Positions 1-11,370 of a stretch of 64,000 nucleotides of DNA are shown here, in pieces. Both the position numbers and the translations under genes were made by a program. Positions within the stretch are counted from its first letter, which is position 1; every line of letters begins with the position of its first letter. The DNA comes from Hypanus sabinus. Lineage: Eukaryota. The stretch is taken from contig NC_082715.1 in the NCBI RefSeq assembly GCF_030144855.1, forward strand, positions 76,632,001-76,696,000. The letters run 5' to 3'. Below the pieces are notes generated by a model, which worked only from the letters and a program-made list of their open reading frames with translations, was not told where the DNA came from and made no database searches.

Positions 1-366
1 TATTGGAAAGAGGTGAAACGCCTTCGGTCATTGGAAAAGCATTAGGCTACACTCGGTCAATGATCAGAACAATTTTAAAAGATAAAGTGAGAAAGATGCT
101 GCCCCAATGAAAGCTACAATTACTAAGCAATGCAGTGGTTTAATTATCGGGTTTTGGGGTTTTGATCCTCCACATCAACTCGGCACGGATTTCCCGAGCC
201 CGGCACTGAAACATACATTTCTTAAGTGTTTTATATGCATAGAAAGGTAAAATATATACTATATACTAAGACTAACTGATGCTAAATAATTCCAGATGTA
301 CCTGTTCAGACTTACTTAGTAAGAGAACTTGCGGTTTTTTCGATCCCAATCCACAATAACCTCCAC
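1..366 (+). mobile_element. Tigger/pogo-like DNA transposon remnant (N-terminal HTH fragment)
   Basis: The frame from base 3 reads LERGETPSVIGKALGYTRSMIRTILKDK, resembling a Tigger/CENP-B-type N-terminal HTH. The sequence decays afterwards. Confidence 0.55.
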
Positions 367-505
367 NNNNNNNNNNNNNNNNNNNNNNNNNNNNNNNNNN
401 NNNNNNNNNNNNNNNNNNNNNNNNNNNNNNNNNNNNNNNNNNNNNNNNNNNNNNNNNNNNNNNNNNNNNNNNNNNNNNNNNNNNNNNNNNNNNNNNNNNN
501 NNNNN
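367..505. other. Assembly gap (139 N)
   Basis: Run of n characters. Confidence 1.
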
Positions 506-592
506 AGTGCTGAAAGAGCACTTCCGGGTTTTCTTCATTCACGGTTGGTTGAATTCGCGCATGCGGAACTCACAGATAAGGAGGGCCGACTG
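506..592. mobile_element. Terminus of a Tigger/MER2-like element
   Basis: Ends ...gcggaactcacagataaggagggccgactg followed by TA (593-594), like MER2/Tigger-family TIRs. It abuts a CR1 RT fragment. Confidence 0.55.
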
Positions 593-594
593 TA

Positions 595-1240
595 TATACA
601 GCATAAAAAGAAGTGGTCCCAACACCGACCTCTGCAGAATTCCACTAGTCATTGGCAGCCAACCAGAAAAGGATCCTTTTATTCCCATTTGCTGCCTCCT
701 ACCTATCAGCCAATGCTCTAACCATTTAAGTAACTTTCCTGTAACATCATGGGCTCTTAACCTGGTAAGCAGCCTCATGTGTGGCACCTTGTCAAAGGCC
801 TTCTGAAAGTCCAAATACAGAACATCCACTGCATCCCCTTTATCTATCCAACTTGTAATCTCCTCAAAGAATTCCAACAGGTTCATCAGGCAGGATTTTG
901 CCTGAAGGAAACCATGCTAACTTTGGAGTATCTTGTCCTGTGTCACCAAGTACTCCGTCACCTCATCCTTAACAATTGACTCTAACATATTCAGGTCAGG
1001 CTAACTGGTCGATAATTTTCTTTCTACTGCCTTCCTCCTTTCTTAAAGAGCAGAGTAACATTTGCAATTTTCCAGTCCTCTGGCACCATGCCAGAGTCCA
1101 ATGATTTTTGAAAGATAATTTCTAATGCCACCACAATCTCTAACACTACCTCTTTCAGAACCCTAGGGTGCAGTTCCTCTGGTCTGGGTGACTTATGTAC
1201 CTTTAGGTCTTTCAGCCTTTTGACCACCTTCTCTCTTGTA
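595..1240 (-). mobile_element. CR1-like LINE, ORF2 RT fragment (decayed)
   Basis: ORFs 539-886 (NLLEFFEEIT...DVLYLDFQKAFDKVPH...QRSVLGPLLF) and 1024-1245 (HPRVLKEV...VPEDWKIANVT). Confidence 0.9.
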
Positions 1241-1399
1241 CCCAATTCTCTTCTTCATACGCTAACAAATAGATTTATGACATTTAAAGAGTTGCTACAT
1301 GTTTCCTGAAATAATGCATGATGACTTGATTAAAAGTGTGCACACCTGCACAAAAACAACTGTAAATATAATTTATTCCATTTTAGTTTTGCTTTTTCA

Positions 1400-2700
1400 G
1401 GAGGCAGGCAAAAATTGCCAGGGCCTTAGCAGAGATATTTTAATCACCCTGAGTGACAGGAGAGAAACCAGAGAATTGGAGGATAGCTAATGTTGTTTTG
1501 CTGTTTAAGAAAAGCTCTAAGCATAAACCCGGAAATTATAGTGGGAAAGTTATTGGAAGGTTATCCTAAGGGACCAGATATGTGAGTATTTAGATAGACA
1601 TGGACTGATTAAGGAGAGTCAACATGGCTTCATGGGTGGTAGGTCATGTCAAACCAATCTTAACAGTTTTTGGAGGAAGTTACCAGGAAAGTGGATGAAA
1701 GCAAGTCAGTGGATGTTGTCCACAGGGACGTTAGAAAGGCCTTTGATAGAGTCCTACATGGAAGATTGGTCAAGAAAGTTCAGTTGCTCAGTACGTGTTC
1801 AAGATGAGTTAGTTAATTGGATTAGACACTGTCTTTGTGGTAGAAGCCAGAGAGTGGTAGTAGATAATTCCCTCTCTGACTGGAAGCCTGTTACTATTAG
1901 AGTGCTGCAGGGATTGGTGCTGGGTACGTTGTTGTTAGTCATCTATATTAATGATCTGGATGATAAGGTGGTGAGTGGGTCAGCAAATTTGCAGATGACA
2001 CCAAGACTGAGGGTGTAGTGGACAGCAAGGAAGGCTATCATAGCTTGCTAAGAGATCTGGATCAGCTGGAAAATAGGGCAGAAAAATGGCAGATAGAATT
2101 TAATGCAGACAAGTGCAAGGTGTTGCATTTCGGTAGGACCAACAAGGGCAGGTCTTATACAGTGAACGGTACGGCACTGAGGAGTGCAGTAGAACAAAAG
2201 TGTCTGGGAATACAGGCCCATAATTTGTTGAAAGTGGCATCACAGGTAAATAGAGTCGCAAAAAAAGTTTTTGGTACATTGGCCTTCATGTACCCAGTGA
2301 AGGAGATGGGATGTTACGTTGAAGTGGTTTAAGGCATGGATGAAGCCTAATTTGGTGTATTGTGTGCAGTCTTGGTCACCTACCTACAGGAAAAGTGTAA
2401 ATAAAGTTGAAGGAGTACAAAAAAAATTACATGGAGGACCTGAGTTATAAGGAAAGAGTGAATAGGTTAGGACTTATGGGAACATCATGGGAAACTTCTT
2501 CACTCAGGAGATCGTGAGAGTGTGGAACAAGCTTCCAGCACAAGTCGTGCACACGAGCCTAATTTCAACATTTAAGCAATGTGTGGATAAGTACATTGAT
2601 GGTAAGGATATGGAGGGCTATAGACCCAGTGCAGGTCGATGGGAGTAGGCAGCTTAAACGGTTTCAGCGTGGACTAGTTAGGCCAAAGGATCTTTTTGTG
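1400..2700 (+). mobile_element. CR1-like LINE, RT and 3' end (decayed)
   Basis: VLQGLVLGTLLLVIYINDLD and WQIEFNADKCKVLHFG motifs with frameshifts. Confidence 0.88.
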
Positions 2701-3379
2701 TGTTTTACGATGTAGACAATGATATGCAAGCTTTTCATTACCAGCAAAGCCGGCACTTACTGTTCATTCTTAAGTGCCCTTTAAAAGATGCAGTCAATTC
2801 AGAATAGACACATGCGGTGAAAATGGAGTCAGAAGAAAAAAAATCTCTTCATATATACACATATAAAAAATAAGGCTTCATTTATCCTAGAATCTGCAAA
2901 CTTGTTCTTGTTTTTAACTTATCCTACCAGTGTTTGTACACTGGATATTTTATACACCAATGAAATTCCTTGCTCATGTGAACAGTAAACACTATAAATA
3001 GTAAATAATAAACAATAATTACAGCAACGACCAAACAACAGAACGGTGCAAGATAGTAGTGCAAAAACAAATGCTTACGTGACGATAGACACTCCCCCCC
3101 CCCCCCCTCAAATAGTGGAAAAGCAAACTGTTAAAATTAGCTATGACCGAGCAGGAGCAAGTTCCGCCCTCTTCTCCAGGGATTATAATACTTGGGTTAA
3201 ACTGAGTTTATCTCAATATGTCCTCAAACAAGGGCTCTACTCTAATACCAATATTACCCGAGATATGTTACCCAAGCTCAAATCCGGCGGACAGGGGTAA
3301 TATTACTCCGCCGCGTTCAAATTGAGTAAACTGATGATGTCTTGGAATGGGACGAAAGCCGCTACCAAGCCTACATGCA

Positions 3380-3720
3380 TCAAAGTCCCACAATCAGCAA
3401 TGAGATGCGGATTAGGAGCGGGCCGCTGCTCTGTTTTCTTACAACAGACACGGATGGAGCACCGGGACTTGCTTTAAAACTGAAAGTACCTGGCGGGCCC
3501 GTCAGGAAAACGTGTCGCGCCATCAGCAGCACCCACCGTCACCCGGCCAACGACCGTGCAACGTCAATGGGCACCGCGCTGTCACCTGACCCGACTCCGG
3601 CGTCTAACGTCACCCAGCCTCGTGGACGGAGGAGGAGGTGCGTGCGCGTGCGCAGTCGGCCGCCAAAACAAAGTGTGCACTACCCTGCAGTGTAGTGACA
3701 CAACTAACGGGCCACTCCAC
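3380..3720 (-). promoter_or_regulatory. CpG-rich promoter/5'UTR of NTPCR
   Basis: Local CpG enrichment in a CpG-poor background. NRF1-type TGCGCGTGCGCA at 3643-3654 and CRE half-sites (ACGTCA) near 3561 and 3607. Confidence 0.7.
3490..3523 (-). CDS. NTPCR: NTPCR (nucleoside triphosphatase, THEP1/HCR-NTPase family), first coding exon; the rest of the gene lies left of the window
   Basis: Minus strand ATG GCG CGA CAC GTT TTC CTG ACG GGC CCG CCA G|gtactt = MARHVFLTGPP(G). This matches the human NTPCR N-terminus as recalled, leading into the Walker A GPPGVGKT. Phase-1 GT donor at 3489-3488, CpG-rich context, and the same strand as neighbouring MAP10, as in human. Confidence 0.92.
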
Positions 3721-3989
3721 TTCATTAGCTGACTCATTCTTCCCCCCCCCCCCCCCCACACCGATCAGAATCAGGCTTAATATGACTAAAATGTGTTGTT
3801 TTGCTGCAGCTGTACAGTGCAATACGTACAAAACAACCTATGAATGCCATGTTGATGGGAAAGTCGTTGGCTGGAATGTCTATTTCTCTCCATAGGTGCT
3901 ACGTTACCTGCTGAGTTCCCCAGTGTGTTGGGGCCAGAATTATTGACTATTTCAGATATTTACTCTGTTTCCAGCCAAGTCAACTGTGG

Positions 3990-5010
3990 TGAGGAATCAG
4001 CACAATAGGAGGGAGATTGAAAATCTGTCTGAGAGGAGTTACAGCTGCAACCTCTTGTAAGCAAGACCATGGAATTGATTATTGATTGCAGGAGGAGGCA
4101 ACCTGAGGTCCATGAGCCTGTCCTCGTGGGAGAATCAAATGGGCAGAGGGTCAATAACTTTAAATTGTGGAGTGTTATAATTTCAGAGTACCTGCTCTGG
4201 TTTTAGCATGCAAGTACAATTAGAAGAAAGCACGCCGACGCCTCTACTTTCTTAGGAGTTTGCGAAGGTTTGGCATGCCATCTAATGACATCATTCCCCA
4301 AGGCACCACTGCTCAGTACAAGAGGACATGGCTTTATGGTAAGGGGAGGGAAGCTCATGGGGGATATTAGAGTAAGGTTTTTCACTCAGAGAGTGGTTGG
4401 TGCATGGAATGCACTGCCTGAGTTAGTGGTGGAGGCAGATAGACTAGTGAAGTTTAAGAGACTACTGGACAGGTATATGGAGGAATTTAAGGTGGGGCGT
4501 TATATGGGAGGCAGGGTTTGAGGATTGTCACAACAATGTGGGACAAAGGGCCTGTAATGTGCTGTACTATTCTATGTTCTATAAAACTGACAAATGTCTA
4601 TGGCTGTGCAGTGGAGAATATATTGACTGGCTGCATTACAGCCTGATAGGGAAATACCAGTGCCCTTGAATGCAAAAGCCAACAAAAAAGTGGTGGATAT
4701 GACCCAGTCCATCACGGGTAAAGCCATTGAGCACATCTACATAAAGTGTTGTCACAGGAAAGCAGTATCCATCAACAGGTACCTCACCACCCAGGTCATA
4801 TTCTCTTTTTGCTGCTGTCATCAAGAAGATACTACAGGAGACTCAGTACTTACGCCACCAGGTTCAGGAGCAGTTATTACCACTCAACCATCAGGCTCTT
4901 GACCAAAGGCAATAACTTCACTTGCCACATCATTGAAATGTTCCCACAACCTGTGAACTCACTTGGTGACATATCCAGTGTATACATTGATAACAATTTT
5001 ACTTTGAACT
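3990..5010 (+). mobile_element. Rex1/Babar-like LINE 3' part, interrupted by a CR1 3' fragment (about 4290-4582)
   Basis: Rex1-type RT C-terminal remnants on both sides of a CR1 tail (TRGHGF...FFTQRVVGAWNALP). Confidence 0.7.
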
Positions 5011-5394
5011 TTGATTCTCTTCTGGACACTATCCACTCTTGCCATGAAGGGCATATCCAAGGAAAGCCAAATGTCACCAAGATGTAGGACCACTTTCTCA
5101 GCAGCTGATCATGGGAGATCCTGTACAAAATCACAAATTAATTTGGTCAACATACAATAGACCAGCAATGATTTGATCTGGAGCTGATTTAGTGCAATAG
5201 ACACGCGCTGTCAGGATCTCAATACTGCAAGTTTCTGCAAATCCAGAAATCTGATTAAAATTGAGAAAGGGTTAGTGTGTCCTTTGTTGAGGGAGACCAA
5301 TCAATGTTGTCAGGTTTCCTAAATTCTTAGGTTTTGTAATTAATAACCCTTCAAACCCAGTGCCATCAAGTCTGTTCTGTCATTTGCTGATTTA

Positions 5395-5790
5395 TTTTCT
5401 CTTTCAACCCCATTATCATGTCTTCTCTCCATAGCTATTGACAGCCTTACTAAGCCAGGACCTGTCAACTTTCACTTTAAATATACCCAAAGAATTGTGC
5501 TTCACAGCCATCCATGGCAATGAATTCCAGATTCATCACCTTTGACTAAAGAGATTCTCCTCATCTTTGTTCTAAAGGGATGTTCTTTTATTCTGAGACT
5601 GTGCTGTTCTAGGATCTTAACAATGAAAGAGTTAATGTAGGAGGAGCATTTGATGGCGGTGGACCAGTATTCACTGGAGTTCAGAAGAATGAGGGGAATC
5701 TCATTGAAATCTATCAAATATAGATACATTGGATATGGAGAGGATGTTTCCAGTAGTGAGAGAGTCTAGGATCAGACAGCACAGTCTCCT
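5395..5790. mobile_element. CR1 3' fragment with an internal inversion
   Basis: 5395-5615 is a CR1 tail on the minus strand. 5630-5789 is the adjoining upstream CR1 segment on the plus strand. Confidence 0.65.
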
Positions 5791-7181
5791 CTAACCAAAG
5801 CTGTATAAGTGAGATTAATTACGGTTTTTAAAAATTCACAACTCTCAAAAGTATATCTACAGCAGTTTGTAATTCTGTTCAAATATGCAATATTCAAAGT
5901 TAAAAGTAAATTTATTATCAAAATATGTAAATGTCACCATATACTACCCTGACATTTGCTTTCTTGCAGGCATTCACAGTAGAACAAAGAAATACAATAA
6001 AATAAAAGAAGGCAGGATAAAGTATAACAGATTCAGAAAAAGAGCAGAGCAGGAAAACATAAAATACAGGTTCGTAATGAGGTAGATCGTGAGGTTATGA
6101 GTCCACCTTGTACGAGGGAACCATTCAATAGTCTTATAGCGGTGGGGCAGAAACAGTCTTTGACCTAGTGGTACATGCCTTCAAGCTTTTGTATCTTCTG
6201 CCCAATGGAAAAGGGGGAGAAGAGAGAATGTCCAGGATGGGTGGTCTTTCATTATGCTAGTTGCTTTATCAGACAGAGTCCATGTGCTCTCTGTCCTTTG
6301 GTCTGCATCATCCTGTTGATCAGGAACTGAGATTGGAGGCAAATTTGAATGTATAGCTTGAAGTTTTGTTTTGGAAATTCATGACAGTCAAGTATTAAAT
6401 ACAAAGTATGTCAGTTTAATAAACCAAATTCTGATTCTGAACTATTACATATCATTCTCTTCAGACTATTGTATCTGTTTTTCTTTTTTAAAATCTCTTT
6501 GAAATTAGCTTTTATATGGTCAGCCATGACTGAGTCCATTTATTAATTTTCCTTTTGAAGAAAATTCTATTACGGACTAATTTCTAAAGTTCCTTTTGCC
6601 TTTACTTTCCTTTTGGCCAGATTGTGCTGAAACTTAGTTCTCTTTTCTTCACAAGGAACTTTATATAGTTCTGCTCCTTTGAACCGTATCTGATTTGTTT
6701 CCCACACTCTCTTTAAACTCACTGACGTCTTGTCACCCACACTCCCTTTAAATTTATTCACTGGCATATGTTTCATTGCTCTGTGTAGGTTTTAAATAAA
6801 AAGTGAACTATATCTGTGATGATAGTCGAAAAGATCTTCTAGTCAAACAGATCTAAAATCCCAAGGAAACCCCATTAAATGATACTTATCATATTCTGTT
6901 CCCTCATCCTCTTTGCCAATACATTACCTCATACTTCTCTGGATTGATTTCCATTCACCAAATTGTGCCTGCCCATTGACAGCTTCCTGCAATCCAGAAG
7001 CTGCTAAATTCACCAACAAGCTTCTGAATTATGATCCCTACATATAATCGCTAAATGTTCACAAAGGGAAGAGATCTGTTATTAAGTGCTTCAGAGCCAA
7101 CTATGCACAGCTCTCCAGTCACTATAACTCTCTGCCTTTGCTTTCTTTCATCGAACCAACTCATAATACAATTCACCCGAG

Positions 7182-7910
7182 CAACTCACACAAAATGCTG
7201 GAGGAACTCAGCAGGTCAGGCAGCATCTCTGGAAATGAATAAAGAGTGGACATTTCAGTCTGAGACTTCTTCAGGACTTGAAAGGAAGGGGGAAAATGTC
7301 AGAATAGGAGGGTGGAGGAAGGGAAAGGAGGATATTTAGAAGGTGATAGGTGAAGCCAAATGGGTAGGAAAAGTAAAGGGCTAATGAGAAAGGAATCTGA
7401 AAGGAGAGCAGAGCAGACCATAGGAGAGGGAAGGAGGAGGTGACCCAGGGGGAGGTGATAGGTAGATGAGAAGAGATAAGATGCCAGAGTGGGAAACAGA
7501 AGAAATGGGAAGAGGGAGGGAAATTTATTTTGCCAGAAGGAGAAATCGATATTCATGCCATCAGGTGGGAGGCTACCCAGATGGAATATAAAGTGCTGCT
7601 CCTCCACCCTGAGGGTGGCCACATTGCGGAACTAGAGGAGGCCATTGACTGACTTATTGGAACAAGAACGGAATTGGATTTAAAATGTTTGGCCTCTGGA
7701 AAGTTCCGCTTGGGTCAGACAGAATGTAGGTTCTTGGTGAAGCAGTCCCTCAGTTTATGATGTGTCTCACCAATGTAGATGAGGCCACATTGGGAGCACC
7801 TGACACAATAGACGACCCCAGGAGATTCACAGGTGAAGTGTTACCTCACCTGGAAGAACTGTTTGGGGGCCCTGTATGGAGTTGAGGGAGGAAATAAATG
7901 GGCTGCTTGC
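7182..7910 (-). mobile_element. Penelope-like element 3' part (GIY-YIG endonuclease remnant plus terminal repeat)
   Basis: Minus translation HFTCESPGVVYCVRCSQCGLIYIGET is a GIY-YIG signature. It is followed by a pyrimidine-rich tract and a terminal repeat with CTGAAGA...GAAA. Confidence 0.85.
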
Positions 7911-7949
7911 TGGGAGGGAGATTAGTTGTGAGGGACAAATGGACAAGGG

Positions 7950-8310
7950 AATCACAGGGAATAAAAAGCGAATAAAGAAGTGAGGGAAGGGGAGGGTGGA
8001 TAGCTAAAAAGTGATAGGTGAAGCCGGGTGGGTGAGAGGAGGGGTGAATTAAGAAGCTGGGAGATGATGAGTAGAAAATTCAAAGGGCTGGAGAAGGAAG
8101 AACCTGATAGGAGAGGAAAGTGGATTATGGGAAAGGAAGAGGGACACAAGGGGAGGTGATAGGCAGGTGAGGAAAAGAAGTAGGAGGCCAGAGTGAGGAA
8201 ATGAAGAAGAGGGAAGGAGGAAGGGGAAAGAAACAACCGGAAGTTGGAGGAATCAATGTTCATGCCATCAGGTTGGAGACAGAATAAGAGAGGTTGCTGC
8301 TCCAACCTGT
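7950..8310 (-). mobile_element. Second Penelope-like fragment
   Basis: EQQ...LQPDGMNID motif as in ORF 7299-7622, plus the same pyrimidine-rich tract. Confidence 0.75.
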
Positions 8311-8469
8311 GAGTGAACTCTCCACTCTCCCTTATATCCTATGGATTCTTAACGTCCTGACTTGTCTTCTATGAGGGAACCTAGTCAAACACTGTCTCAA
8401 AATTCCATCACTTTCTTATATGTATTTACAACATAAAGGTAGCCATTCAGCCTATCAAGTTAATAAAGA

Positions 8470-8770
8470 TAAAGAATAAACATCAACTTTGCTTGTCATA
8501 TGTACATTGAAATACACTGAAATGCGTTACTTGCATCAAATCAAATCAGCAAAGATTTTGCTGAGATTTTGCATACCACACTTGTAGTGGCAACATATCA
8601 TGCCCGCAGCTCCCTCATCCTAACCCTAACTGTACTTGGAATATGGGAGGAGACTGAAACACCTAAAGGAAACCCATGCGGTCATGGGGAGAACATACAA
8701 CTCCTTGCAACAGTGGCAGGAATCAAACCCCTGTCTCACAGCTAACCACCAAGCTACTATGCCGCCTAGA
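8470..8770 (-). mobile_element. V-SINE/HE1-like SINE
   Basis: Reverse complement of the V-domain core (gttgtatgttctccccatgaccgcatgggtttcc). Confidence 0.7.
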
Positions 8771-9129
8771 ATACTGGCTTCCTGTTCAATCCTTTCAATC
8801 CCATTCTCTAGTTAATCTCACTGTAGCCTATTCTGTCATGCGTGCTCTCCAACTCCCCATCCAACCTATATGAAGGATCATTTACAGTCACCTATTAATC
8901 CACCAACTAGCATATCCCGACCTTCAGGTGCGGGATTACACAGGAGCACCCAAGAAAACCATGCAGGATAAGCATGGAAACCACAGACACACATCATCAG
9001 ATGAGAGGATTGACCAGAGGTTGCTAGATCCATGAGGCAGCAGCTTTGCCTTCTGTGCCAGTTTACTGTTAACCAGATTTTCCCTGCACAGTTAATGCTT
9101 AGTCTCTACCTTCCACATGACTGAATGTA

Positions 9130-9615
9130 CAGTGCATTGTAAGTACTATCAACAGGACTGGCCTGTTGTTACAGAGGATAGTAAAAACCGCCGAGGGAAT
9201 CACTGAGTTCTCCCTCCTCCCTATGAAGAGCCCAAGGCATTATTGAGGATCCCTACCACCCATCCCACAATCTCTTTGACTCACTACTGTCAGGAAGGAG
9301 GTACAAGAGCATCAGAACTAGGACTGGCAGAATGGGTAAAACCTCTTCCATCAGGCTGTGAGATTAATGAATACCCTGCCACCTCTGAGGTATCATCACT
9401 AGGAACATAAGCTATTTACTGTTTACCTGTGCTACACACTACATGTTACTATGCATTTTGAATTATACTTCATTAACTTATTTATGATAATATTTTGTTT
9501 TATCTGCTGTGTGTGATACTATACATGTTTTATGGATGCACTGTGGTCCAGAGGAACATTGTTTTGTTTGGCCTTATATAGGAACAGTCAGATTACAATA
9601 AGCTTGAACTTGAAC
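9130..9615 (+). mobile_element. Rex1-like LINE 3' end
   Basis: Remnant of the RT C-terminus (IIEDPYHPSH...SGRRYKSIRTRT) and an acaataa(gcttga/acttga)n tail. Confidence 0.6.
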
Positions 9616-10986
9616 TTCCAAGACAGAGATACCCTACCAAGATAGGGCGAATTGATGTCAGTCCACAATTACTGTAAATGTGGGTTGAAACCTGTTTCCA
9701 TACTTTGAGCTAATTTCTCAACTTCTCGTATTGGTCCCTAATAACGCAGCTTATGCCTTCATTCCTGTGATCTGGGTATTGTAACAGCATCTAGAATATG
9801 TACTTATTCAGTGGCATGATTTATATTGTTTCTATAATATGAAAGCTGTTATGTGTCCCACTTATTCTGACTAGCCTAATTTGTTGTCTGACATGAAGAG
9901 GCAGTGAGGCAGAGGTTTAATAGCCTCAGTAACTAGGATTCTGAAACATTACAGAATTATTCTAGCAAACTGTTTATGTATTCATTGTTATGGCGTTTAT
10001 ACCATGGAATAAATTGTAGCAAGCATTTTCTGCATGTTAACATAAACCTGATGTGTTTCTCACATCACATTGTACAGTATAGAGAAGGTTAAAATGCAGA
10101 TATGGGCTTTAATCTGGAAGTTTTCATCACATAAAGTGAAGTGATCATTAAAAGAACTTCAACTGCCATTCCTGATAAGTCCATTAAAATAATGAACCCA
10201 GCTAGTAGTGCAGCAGTTGAGTTATTTCTCTTAATTATTGGTTTAGCTTCACTTGTAATATGGTACCACATTTAATAATCAAGAACAGAATTAGCATTTA
10301 CCTGGCATAGCTTGGATTGATTAGTGAAAACCAGCATAGATTTGCAAAAACACTAATTGAGTCTAACTAGCTTTGTAGAGTTTTTTTTAATACAGTAATA
10401 GAATGAATTAATGAAGACTGAAGACTATAAAAGAGTTGGTAGCAGGATGGACAGAAAATTGACTAGGTAATAGGAAACAATACAGACAGTCTCCAGGCTT
10501 CAGCAGGGTTCCATTCCTGAGAACTATTCATAACCCAAAATATATGTTGGAATTGCTGAAGGCAGCATAGCAGGGGTGGCATGGTGGTGTAACAGTTAGT
10601 GTAATGGTTTACAATGCCAGCTGTAAAACCAAGGTTGACTTTCTGCTGCCAACTGGAAAGAGTTTGTACGTTTTGCCATAACCATGTTGTCTTGGTCCAG
10701 TCCGTAAAGTCCACATTCCAGTTCACGGTCTGGTCTGTGGACTCCAGATTCTGGGTCTTCCAGCTGTCCCTTGTTTCAGTTGGGCTTAATCATAGGCACC
10801 TGATTCTCGTCTTGCAGTTGGGATATAAGTGGCCTGGGGTCACATGTGGTTGCCGGTTTGTCTTGTCAGTATCCCTGTGGAGCAAACTGCTGGTGGAAGG
10901 CTAGAGCAGACACTTGTGATCTCTAGGCCTGGTTGGAGGACCACCGCTTCATGGAGCCTGTTGTCTCTAGTTGAAGCAGTCATCGG

Positions 10987-11121
10987 GATATGGATTTGGC
11001 CGTTTCCAGGGCCAGCTGAGTGGCCATCTGCCACTCCGAGCTAGATATGGATATGGCTGTTTCCGGGGCCAGCTGAGTGGCCATCTGCCACTCCGAGCTA
11101 GATATGGATATGGCTGTTTCC
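10987..11121. repeat. 57-bp tandem repeat, about 2.4 copies
   Basis: gatatggat(t/a)tggc...ccactccgagcta units start at 10987, 11044 and 11101. Confidence 0.9.
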
Positions 11122-11184
11122 GTAGCCAGCCAAGGTTGCCGGCCGCCCTGAGACAGAGCCACCCGGATTGAGCTCCCTTCCTGG

Positions 11185-11370
11185 CCTTGCCTCCATGGGG
11201 TAAGTCAGGCTGTCCTTGCTGTTATCCTGTAGTTGGTTCTGTCCCTTCCCATCCTCGCCTCAGTGGGATAAGTCAGGCCGTCTTTGCCATTACCTTGCGG
11301 TTGGACTTGTCCCTTCCTGTCCTTGCCTCCGTTGGGTAAGCCAGGCCATCTTTGTTGTTACCCTGAGGCA
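11185..11370. repeat. Degenerate tandem repeat, unit about 68 bp, 2.5-3 copies
   Basis: taag(t/c)caggc recurs near 11200, 11269 and 11337. Confidence 0.7.

Noticed and set aside
272-721. ORFs containing X runs
   Set aside because: They are artefacts of reading through the N gap.
1-3489. Search for NTPCR exon 2 (VGKTTL...)
   Set aside because: Not found by eye. The region is mostly repeats, so the exon is presumably left of the window.
3342-3895. 117-aa and 85-aa ORFs over the CpG island
   Set aside because: GC-rich stop-poor frames with non-ATG starts and no recognisable homology. The real coding signal is the short minus-strand NTPCR exon.
10971-11171. ORFs with a repeated 19-aa unit; superficially CRISPR-like periodicity
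   Set aside because: This is a plain 57-bp tandem repeat with no unique spacers, inside an LTR-like insert in a vertebrate genome.
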